Below are positions 38,148 through 48,174 of a stretch of 64,000 bases of DNA, in pieces. Source of the DNA: Tricharina praecox (Eukaryota); the NCBI RefSeq assembly GCF_024521635.1, contig NW_026250416.1, positions 310,001 to 374,000 on the forward strand, read 5' to 3'. The notes beneath the pieces are model-generated. The model was not told the origin of the DNA, did no database searches, and saw nothing but the letters and a program-made list of their open reading frames with translations. Position 1 is the first letter of the stretch; every line of letters starts with the position of its first letter. The translations under genes were made by a program, and so were the position numbers.

Positions 38148-41100
38148 ATGGATTCAGGCACGAACCCGGACTAGAAGACCCAGAAACCTGGGAAATCCCG
38201 TTCGAGATCGCCATCTCCATCTCCAGGTCTAGTTGCCAGCGCAACTAGTTCCGCGCCCACCCTTCCACATCCCCGGGAGCACGGCTGTAGTCATGTGGAC
38301 GTCCCTCCCTCGGGAGCCTTCCCCGTAGAAAGAGATCAACTTCGGCCGGTTGCTACGGTTTCCGGCACGATTGTAGCCGCGGATGACTCACAGCAGCCGG
38401 ACTCGAATGTCGCAGTCCGCGCCGTAGCCCTGCTATCTTCGACCGATGGAAGCGTGTGTCTAGTAAGCAGTAGTTCCAGTCCCGAGAAAATCACTTGGAC
38501 TGTTGCTGACCGAGTGCACCAGCAATGCGCGCGTTGTTCGGATGCATCTTCGTCGGCAGCGGAGCCCGCAGTTTCCGGAGCTCCTTCAGATGCGCATTCA
38601 TCAGTAGCGCCAGCGGCGCTTCAACCCACCTCAACTGTCCCTTCATCGGCAGAGGCAGCGGCTTGCGGGCCATCTTCAGATGTAGCCTCATTGCCGGTAC
38701 ATGCGGCTTCCTCAAGTGTGTCTCCATCGGCCGGGCCGGTGTCCCGCAAGGAGCTTCCGGTTTCACTGTGGGAGAAAGCGTTCACGGAAGTTTCCAAGGA
38801 AGACAGAGAGCAGTTGTCCCCGCCCGATGATTCTGGCCGGCAGGATTACTTGGCAAACCTTCTGGAAACGGTAGAGATGAGCAGGGACGTCTGCCGGAAT
38901 AGCCGGTGGAAAAAGTTTACCTTTGCCGGCAAGGATATCATTATCCGTGATGTAGCGGACAAGCTACGCACCTGGATTGACATATTCAAAAATATTGGAG
39001 ACATCGTCGGCCGGTATGACCCGGTCCGTGCAGCGCTTCCGTGGGAGGCAGTGCGATCTCTACTGCAGATTTCTTTCCCATTTCAATGCCGGCTGTGAAC
39101 TACTCTGACGGCAATACAGATGGCTGCCAGCTGTGGAGAGAATATGGAGGAATCCTTGTTGATATCGAAATGATTGCGAAGGTGGTCGTGCGGTGCGTGG
39201 TTTACGAAGAAATCTATCTGACAACCAACCCAAAATCACCTAATCATGGCGCCGTTGAGAAGAGCATCGTTCTGCTTTACTCTGATGTTCTGGAGTTCCT
39301 GGCCCTTTCGAAGACGTACTTGCTTCACAACTCAGCCGGTAAGCTCCTAGGTTCCAGGCTCTCCGAGTCTGTACTGTGCTAACGTTGCAAGCTGGCTTCC
39401 TTTCCTCAAGATCGGGCCATGAGGGGCTGTTTTTGTTGCTTGAATCTATCAACGGACAAGAGTCATCGCTGCGGAAAGAAATAATGACCACGGAAGCACA
39501 AGGTGAGTTTACCGGCAATATGACGGATGTGTAGTACTCTGCCTATCCGGCTGAAAATATGTAAATTCAATACGCTTATGCGACCACAGTCCGAAGCAGC
39601 GAGCACTCGAAGCGGATGGCCATGATCGAAGAACTCAACACACCGATCAGGGGGATAGATTCGACTATGACGTCCGTGTACGATGAATTGCAAGGTTATA
39701 ACCAATCCTTACTATGTACATACACAGCTGTTAGAGAGCTACCTATCTCTGATACCGTTCTATTAGACACAAAACGACGAGAAATACTTGCATGGATATC
39801 CCGAATTGAATATCGAAAGCACATCAATTTTCAGCGGAAGATCTCATGAAGGACACGGGGAAATGGCTGCTCAATAGCAAGCAATTTCAGGAATGGCGCG
39901 CCTCGAGCGCTTCGGAGATACTCTGGTTGCATGGGATCCGTAAGCTCCGCTTGTTCCACTTATTACATGCTAGTAAACGGCCTCTGACCTATCGATTAGC
40001 CGGTGGAGGTAAAACGAAACTCACGTGGGTCTCCAGCCGGTTTTTTCTTCTTCTTATCTTTCTCTTCACTTGACATTGACTTGAAGCGATGATGTACTAG
40101 GTGCAAAGTTATTGAGAACTTGCGATCCCTGAAGGAGCAAGTCGATTATTTCTACTGCAATAGGAGCGAGCCCGAGCGCCGAGATCCGACTGCCATTCTT
40201 CGGGCAATGATGAAACAACTTTCAGTGGGACTTCCCTACAAGATCGTGAATGAATACGACAAATGGCAGTAGGATGGATTTCCGGTGGAGCCTCTTGGGT
40301 TCCAAAAGTGCTGTAGCCTTCTTCTGTCGCTCAGTGGGAAACATTCCCAGACGACAATCATCGTCGAAGCCTTGGACGAAATTCATCACCAGAAGCGCAG
40401 CATATTACTGGAAGCACTGAAGACCATCATCACCTCCGCGAAAAGCTTGGTCAAAGTTTGTCTCCAGCAGAGATGATATTGACATGGCTTGTGAATTGGA
40501 GGGCTTACCGAATGTCTACATACAGACGACCGGCAATAAGGATGATCTCGAAAGATTTACTCGTCGAGGGGTGGCGGATGCTATTCGAAAGGGGCGGTTA
40601 TTGCGCAGCAGTGTTAGTGGTGAACTGGAACAACGGGTCGTAAATGCGCTTCTAGCTGAAGCTCATGGAACGTGAGTACTGCCGAACCCAATCAGTCCTA
40701 ATTGCTTGGTTCCGGAAGAATAGTTCCTCTTGCACCGCTTCTGAAATTCAATTCCCTGACGCTTTCTGCATAGGTTTCTGCGGGTCAATCTTCAGCTTAG
40801 GTATCTTTGCGAGATGAAGTCCGAATGCGATGTGGTCGAAAAGCTGGGGAAGCTACCGTCGGACCTCGAGAAAACATATTCCGACATCTACGCCACCATT
40901 CTCTCCGAACCGGGCCGGAATCCTGAAATTGCAGAGATTGCGCTCATGTGGATCATATGTTCACCCAACCCACTCTCGCCTGAAATGTGGTCGATGGCCA
41001 CAGGCTGGGTGGCAAAACTTCCGAGACCCGGCGGTGCAGACCCGAAAGCTCTATTGGATATCTGCCATGGCCTCGTTACGTTGGATAGCCAATCAAATGT

Positions 41101-42300
41101 CATGAGATTGGCCCATCTGTAGGTTCGAGAGTATTTGAAAAGGAACCGATTCGACAACGAGAGAGCCAACCATATGGCTGCGGAGGCATGCCTCTCGGCT
41201 CTCACCGAATGCGATGGACTGGTCGACGAGTCCAACATCAACGAGAGCTTCTTCCTATATTCCTCGATCAACTGGGGGTACCATGTCGACCGACGTTGTA
41301 GGAAGCATAGAGGAATTCTTGACCTTCTCAGAAGCTTCCTAGGGAGCCCAAATCAAGCTACCACAGCATACACCAACTGGGTAGCGAATGGCGTGGGACT
41401 CCCCTACAGCGTGCAGGGGCATTTTCGGTCGGAACCTTTGAACTCACTGTTTGCAGCATCCTACTATCGATTCGGCGAAGAGTTTCCGGAAATTTGGGAA
41501 TGGGACAAGTTTGATATCAACAGCGAAAACGAAGTCGGCGGCACATTATTGTTTGTGGCGAGCTACCGGTGACACGAACGAACCGTTAGGTTGCTGATAG
41601 CGAACGGCGCTGATATCAATGCTGGGAAGGCCATCATGGAGGGCGACAACCCACTGTTGGCGGCGATGAGACATGGGAAGGACCTTGTGGTAGCAGTGCT
41701 ACCGCAATAGGGTGCCGACATCTGCGCTGCTAATCGTGGTCATACAGATGCCCTGACAGCTGTTGCGGAGTTGGGTTCAGTCGCGGTTGTGTAGGCAGTT
41801 CTTGACGCCGGGTTGGGACGTCAAGTCACTGAGCTCGTTCTGGAGGCCACAGCTGGAAACATGAGTTGCGCGAAGGAGTTGATGAAACTGTTTCTGTCCA
41901 TCAACCCAGAAATCGGAATCTCGGAGTCTATTGTAGAGGCGGCAGCAGAGACTTCGTCTGGTGGGATGGTTATGGAGCTGCTGCTGTCCACCGGAATCGA
42001 CATTACCGAGTCCACCATGGAGGAAGCGGTGAGAAATGAGGGAAGCGTAGAGATCATGGAGCTGCTGCTGTCAATTACCCCGACGTCGTGATTACCGAGT
42101 CCGTTGCGGTGGCCGCTGCGGAGAATCTGAAAGGCAAGGAGATGATGGAGCTGCTACTCTCAACCCAACCCGACATCGAGATCACCGAATCGGTTCTAGT
42201 TGCGGCGGTGATGAATAGGAGTTGCAAGGAGGTGATGGAGCTGCTACTGTCAACTCACCATCCCAATCGAGATTATCGAATACACTGTGGTGGCCGCTAA
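38148..42300 (+). pseudogene. NLR-type NACHT NTPase with N-terminal helical domain, ankyrin repeats and ITESxxxAAAxN helical repeats; disrupted
   Basis: N-terminal motif LWEKA...IIIRDVADK...DPVRAALPW. The P-loop ILWLHGIP-GGGKTKL is split by an intron, and Walker B reads IIVEALDE. LGKLPSDLEKTY and LLDICHGLV follow, then ankyrin-like LLIANGADIN. In-frame stops occur at 38172, 40270, 41120, 41570, 41708 and 41792, frameshifts near 39822 and 40458, and a mutated donor (CAG/ATTTCT) at ~39069. Confidence 0.88.
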
Positions 42301-42649
42301 GGAGGATCCGAAATGCAATGATGATGGAACTGCTACCGATTATTGAACACCATAACCACAAATCATCGAATCCATCGTGGCGGCCGCGAAGGGAGATTAT
42401 CACGGTGGGAATGAGCTATTTGTGGTGGTGATAGACGGTTCCATCGAACTTTGGGGGGTAAAATGAACGGTAGTGATAGAGTTCTGTAAGGATATTTGAT
42501 AGCAATACCACACAAGCACAGGCGCGATATCGACCCGTCGCAACGCTGAACCCAAGTTCCAGAATATCTAGTTGCAGCCATGGAAGTTGGATAGTAGAGC
42601 ATCCTCCGATCGCTGTGTGGTCAGTATAAGTATGGAACTGGCTTATCAC

Positions 42650-43192
42650 CGACAACGAGTGAGCACCTGTGATAAGCACGAATCACATGAACATAATCAC
42701 GTAGGTGTCGCTGCCGGCTTACGTATTTCTGGCCGGGTGTGATCCGGTGGGCGGTGGAAAGGAATTATAGTAGTGTGCGTGAATGCTCTTGCAACACGTT
42801 TTCCCCAAACGTTAAAGCATCAAACCCAAAATACAAAATACACTAGTGTCAGCTCCAACTTGCAAACCCCGAACCCAGTATAAAAACACCCCTCTTCCCC
42901 TCCTTCTACTCTTCACTTCACTTGTTGAAGGGAGCAGTGCACAACAGCAGTGGCAAGAGCAGAGCAAACTGACAGAATGCGCCCTTCCGTGGACGGGGTT
43001 TTACCTGCGGGTTTCCTCTGAAACCAAAAACATTGTCTTCCTGGCTTCATAGCGAGGGGATGAGGTTTTTGATCCACGTATCTGGCGTATTCCGGCTGAG
43101 GCACTCGAGATTCCCCACACAGCCAGTTCGACCCGGCACGATTGTATCAAACTTAATTCTTTCCGTGGAAGGCGAGCTGGCCGGTCGCCGGC
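42650..43192 (+). mobile_element. Repeat family A, first unit of a head-to-tail pair
   Basis: Homologous to 9890-10445 (reverse complement) and 52940-53600; it continues at 43569 after the family B insertion. Confidence 0.85.
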
Positions 43193-43568
43193 GACATCGC
43201 TTCCCCCACACAGCACCATCGATTTGTTACTCTAGGAGAGCCTGCTCAGCAGGCGATATGGCGAAGACGGGGAGGAGAGTGAATTCCAGGGGGAGAGCTC
43301 AGCGCTTTACGCATAGTACCATATCGATCTATGATGACTGGCATTTTGCCAACCCCAACTTTGATCCAATATCTTCGCTGCTATTCGTCGGCCTCGGCCT
43401 TAATTGCTACGCAAGCCCCGAGACGACGATTCCTTCCGAGCACCATGCTGTATGAAAGAGAGAGAGAGAGATCTTCAGTTTATTTCGCATGCAGCCTAGG
43501 TATCTAGACTATGGGTGAACCATCCATGCTGTATGAAGAATCAATCAATCAATCAATCGGTCGCCGGC
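43182..43568 (+). mobile_element. Family B retroelement 3' fragment with (AATC)n tail, inserted into the family A array
   Basis: Direct repeat CGGTCGCCGGC at 43182-43192 and 43558-43568. The body matches 2275-2527 plus 2769-2803. The uninterrupted A junction is visible at ~53370-53400. Confidence 0.82.
43443..43537 (-). mobile_element. Family C retroelement 3' end (67 bp, 43457-43523) nested inside family B
   Basis: A 14-bp direct repeat CCATGCTGTATGAA lies at 43443-43456 and 43524-43537. The reverse complement reads ...GTCTAGATACCTAGGCTGCATGCGAAATAAACTGAAGATCTCTCTCTCTCTCT. Confidence 0.85.
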
Positions 43569-44115
43569 AGCGAGTGAACACTTGTGACAGGCACGCGTCT
43601 GGGAGAGAGACGGGAACAGAATTTCGCGCGTGTCGCTGGCGGCTTAGGTACTTTCTGACCGGTTGTGATCTGCTGGGTGGTAGAAACGAATTAGATTGCG
43701 TGAATTCTCTCGCAACACGTTTGTCCCCAACGTTAAAGCATCAAACACAAAATGCTAAATACACTAGTGTCGAAGTTCCAACTTGGAAGCCATGCACCAA
43801 GTATAAAAAGTCCCCTCCTCCCCACTCCTTCCCTCCTTTTCCTCTTCACTTTACTTCTTGAAGGGAGCAGTGCACAACAGCAGTGGCAAGAAGCAGTGCA
43901 CAACAGCAGTGGTAAGAGCAGAGCAAACAGACAGAATGCGCCCTTCCGTGGACGGGGTTTTTACCTTCGGGTTTCCTCTAAAACAAAAACATTATCTTCC
44001 TAGCTTCATAGCGAGGGGATGAGGTTTTTGATCCACGTGTTTGGTGTATTCCGACTGGAGCTCGATGATTTACTGTAGGTAGTATAGAGCCAGCACTGTC
44101 TTCGACCCGGCAAGA
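43558..44115 (+). mobile_element. Repeat family A, second unit of the head-to-tail pair
   Basis: Same TATA, pyrimidine tract, subrepeat and core organisation as the other A copies. Confidence 0.85.
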
Positions 44116-45259
44116 CAGAGTGGATACTGAAGTCTTCCGTACCGTATCAGGACTCGGGTCCTAGAGAGTTGAAGGTGAGACACGAGTGAGCTCCGCCAGT
44201 CGGTGGGTCGAGAAGAAGACCATTCAATACGGTAGCAATGCGCCGAAGAAAATACTCGTGTCTGGACTTCTGCCGTACATACTACCTACATCCACTCGTT
44301 CTCGGAACGTGCCGGTGACGAAGCATAGGCCGAGCAACATGCTTGGGAACGATGGGTTCAACTTGCCCCATGTACCTATGCTCCTGCGGTTGCGGCAAGT
44401 GCATATGCTGACAGGTACGCCAACTTCCGACAGCCACAAGCCAACAATTCCCTATGATTCCTCGGACTCTGGTGCGATCATTCTCGGGAGCGATGTGGCG
44501 CCGACTCTCTACTATTAGCGCTCGGCGGGGCCGACCAGAGTGGGTTGTCAGAGAAATATCTCCAATCATGGCTATTCGACCCTCCGTCTCAAGCCAGTTA
44601 CTGGCAGTTCTTCAGAAGACGTCGATTTATGATACACGCTGGGCATCTGTGTCCATATAACCTTAATCCCCCTCGACTGCCGCCTGCATGCATATCAATA
44701 TTGTTGAATGGTAGCTTGAAACACCTGCCTCAGATAAAGACCAAAGCCGTAGAAGTGGCCGTACCTGAAACGTCGCGACCTTCAAGTTCCCAGCGTCCAG
44801 ACTCCAGACTTCGTTGATGATTGGCCGCCAAGTTACATCTATATTTAGCACTCGCCGTCGCGTGGCTGAAGTGGCTGGCCAGACTCCAGTGGCCACTGGC
44901 CAGTGGCATGCTGGCAGCATCTCGAACCATCCTTGCACAGCCCCAGCGCAGCCAATCGCACACGTCAGCAGCTCTTCGCCAATCTCAACAACAGACCAGA
45001 GAGAGAGAAGCGGCCAGACAGCCAGCCACCTGCCACCACCTGCCACCAGCACCAGCACCACACACCACACACCACACACCACACACCACACACCACACAC
45101 CACCTCGCATTCAAAAGGAGCGCTGATCTCCCGCCTTCTCATTCCTCTTTCTTCCTCCTCCTCCATCCCAACCCACCACACTCATACTTAAACACCACAC
45201 CACACCACCAACCAAACACCATCAACCAAACCAAACAAGAACACAACACACCTCGCAAA

Positions 45260-45461
45260 ATGCCCCTCAACTACTCCAAGCACTTTGGCGGCCGCCGCTT
45301 CGGCTTCGGTCTTTCGGCGAATAAGCACGGTGTGCGACCTCACGTCCGGTTTTCGTTCTGCGGGTTCGTCTTCCTCCCTCCTCGATCCTTCCAGCCTCCC
45401 AGCCTTCCGACTAGATCTTAATGCTAACTAACTCTCCCGCAGATTGAACTGCTTCAGATAA
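45260..45461 (+). CDS. Spliced 40-aa cationic micro-protein MPLNYSKHFGGRRFGFGLSANKHGVRPHVRFSFCGLNCFR (exons 45260-45363, 45443-45461)
   Basis: Strong start context GCAAAATG after a C/A-rich leader. The intron GTTCGT...GCTAAC...CGCAG (45364-45442) restores a clean ending with TAA. Codon usage is C-ending, and a T/G-rich 3'UTR follows. Confidence 0.75.
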
Positions 45462-45759
45462 ACACCGCACGCACGTAGCCGAAACGAATAACGACCGTAA
45501 CGAACACGCCTACCTATACACTACTGCTATGATTTCTTTGTTTGTTTGTTTCTTGTCGGTCTGGGACGGGGAGCGTGATGGGATCAGGAAGTTTCACGTG
45601 GGACTGGTTGGTTTCTGTTATTTCTACCACTGCGATGAGAGGCGAAGGAGGGAGATGGATTTGTCTTTTTTTGAGCGACGAATAATACCCATCTTTCCCC
45701 ACCACAACCACAACAGTCCACAACCACCACCTGCATGCGTGCTAGCAATATGTGCGTGA

Positions 45760-46269
45760 CTAAAATCCCCCAGGAATTCGCTGCCGGCTGAGCTGTAGAT
45801 ACACGCGGTTTATGCGGGTTTGTAGAGCGTGTAGTGCAGCTAGAGGTGTTGCATTAGCTATGGAGGTGGGGAGGTAGGTGGGGTAAAGGGGAGGGGGAGG
45901 GGGGGATTACTATTGACGCCGACCAGCCGCTTCCTCATGTCCGCGAGCTTCAACACTGTAGCCCTTAGCACCGGGGGCTCAGTTGTGTCGAGGTACCTCT
46001 GCAGCTCTATTTCCATTAGCGGCGGCGGAGGTAGGTATATAGGTAGCGCGAGAAAGCTGGGTGAGCATACGAGAGACCAGGCGCTCGAGTTCGCCCGACA
46101 GCTCTTGCTGCGCGAGGTAGACGTTTGACAGCTTTTGCGCCGTGGTGCGGATACTCGGGTTCAGCAGGGCTTGCAGGCCTTCCGCGAGAGGATCCGCCGG
46201 TGTATCGCCATCGGTTGTTGCGGTTGTGGAGAGGTCGGGCGTCGGGGAGGGGTTCGGTGGGGTGGCCAT
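45760..46269 (-). CDS. BLOC-1 subunit Snapin/Snn1-like small coiled-coil protein (3 exons)
   Basis: The sequence reads DPLAEGLQALLNPSIRTTAQKLSNVYLAQQELSGELERL / QLQRYLD...KLADMRKRLVGVN / TALHALQTRINRV. Two GT..CTAA..AG introns lie at 46007-46070 and ~45840-45910. Confidence 0.75.
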
Positions 46270-46443
46270 GATTGTCGCGGGGATGAGGGATGGGCATGGG
46301 GGAAGCATGGGGGAACAGTAAGGTTACGCGGCTTGGCAATTACGGGTGCGAATGTCTACAGTGTTGAAATCCAATATCAATTGATGTCTACTCCGCCAAC
46401 GCCTGAAATGCAGCAATACACAGTGCTCCCGCTCCCGTCCCGC

Positions 46444-47679
46444 TCATCTGTGCACGATTTGCACATCATCGCGCCCCTCGAGCATATCCATGACCCCCTT
46501 CTCACCGACCTGGAGCTCGGTACAAATCTCATCAAACGAGTTCCCACCCTTCAGCATTCCGGCGAGTTTCCCTGGCACCTGCGAGGAAGCGGCGGCCGTC
46601 GCCGCGACCGGGTACTTATGCACTCTATAGATGATGCCTTTTACCACGCCGAAGCCGATGAACCGCCGCATGTCGATCGCGCGCATCTTCTGGAAGTTCT
46701 CCATGAGCCATTTCTTCAGCGTGACGCCCTGGCTCAGCGAGCAGTACAGCGTGAACACATCTTCGAATGCGATCTTTGCTGAGTCTGATGAGCGGATGTA
46801 GTTGATGCATTCCTCCTGCATTTGCGGGTCGGCGAGGAGCGACGAGATGTCCGCTGTGACTGCGTAGATGGCGGAAAATGCGAAGATGTCGACGAGAGTT
46901 ATGCAGCCATAGTAGAGGAGGTGGGAGATGGCCTTCTTGGTGAGATTGTAATCAGCGTCGGCCAGCTCCCCGATCCGTCGCACGCTGTTGATGCCGTCAA
47001 TGTGAGGGACGATCTTTTGCATTGTCAGATCCCAGGTCGCATCCATTAGCAACTCTAGCTGGACCGTCGAGACGGGCACGTGCCAGGCTTTGACCGGGGG
47101 CGGGGGCGCATAGGTGGGGAAGAGCTTGATGTTGATCGTGTTGGAATCGTCTAGCATTCATCAGAACCACATCTTTTCCCCGCCATATCGTACACCCCCC
47201 AGTGGCGACACACTTATCGGGATCATGCACTCCGAGTAATTATTTAAATCCTCGAGCACTTGCTCGATGAGCGCATAGACACCAGCCCTCGTAACCTCAT
47301 TACTCAACCAGCCACTCTGCTCTTCCAACGCCTTGAACAGCTTCGCCAGCTTCCTCACCACGCTCTTATACGTGCTGAACTCCGCATTCTCATCGAGCAC
47401 GATCGCAAAATTGAAGATGAACTCGTTCCGCTCGTATCGCCGGTCTTCAAGGCATACGGGGTACCCGAGCAGCCGGTATTTGTTCGTGCAGATGGTCACG
47501 AGCCGGTCGCATAGCTCCTGCTTGGGGATGATGTGAGAGCTTACGTGCTCGAAGTCGATGAGTGGCGGGGGCTCGTTGCTAGGTGGCGGCGAGGGCGTGA
47601 TCGACCCGTCCGGGACTTGGTGGAGAACTTGCGGTCCCTTGTCCGGGTGGAAGATGGCGAAGAAGATGGATTTGATCAT
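46444..47679 (-). CDS. NPR2: Nitrogen permease regulator 2 (SEACIT/GATOR1 subunit), 2 exons
   Basis: Motifs MIKSIFFAIFHPDKGPQVLHQVP, YERNEFIFNF, EDLNNYSECMIPI, NTINIKLFP, WDLTMQKIVPHIDGINSV and DMRRFIGFGVVKGIIYRVHKYP; intron at about 47151-47214. Confidence 0.95.
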
Positions 47680-48174
47680 GGTGCGGGGGTGCGGTGCCGT
47701 CAAGAGCCTGCGCTAGAAGATGGGATTCGCGTTCGCGTTCGCTTGGGGCAAGTGGCCGCAGGCGCGGGAGATCTGGGGTGATGGGAGAGCCGGTGACATG
47801 TTCAAGTGGGGAGAAAGAGGGAGAGAAGTTGTGGGACGTGTGGTAAAGCGGAATTACGTACCCAGGTTCTACGCGATGAGAAATGCCTGCACCTTGCTCG
47901 CCTTTGATACCAGAAACCTTCCCGAGGCGGAGTACCTGAGGCCTGGTTACTCTACAGCACCCGTTCGGTTGATAGGAACCGCATGCGTGGTGATGGACCG
48001 GAAACAGCTCCACGGCAGATCCCGACAATCGTCTTATCGCTGGCTGGCCAATAACTATATCTAGTAATAATAGTATATCAACCCCGCCATGAATCGTGCA
48101 ACGCTTTCATTCCCCGCGTCCTCTCTGGTCCGCATCCCCTTACTGTCAATTGAACTGTACGAGAAACGACAGCT

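Noticed and set aside
38148-42300. TAG stops in the NLR as targets of A-to-I restorative editing (TAG to TGG)
   Set aside because: The gene also has frameshifts, a TGA stop and a destroyed splice donor, and Trp does not fit several of the positions (e.g. HL*VREYL). Simple decay explains it better.
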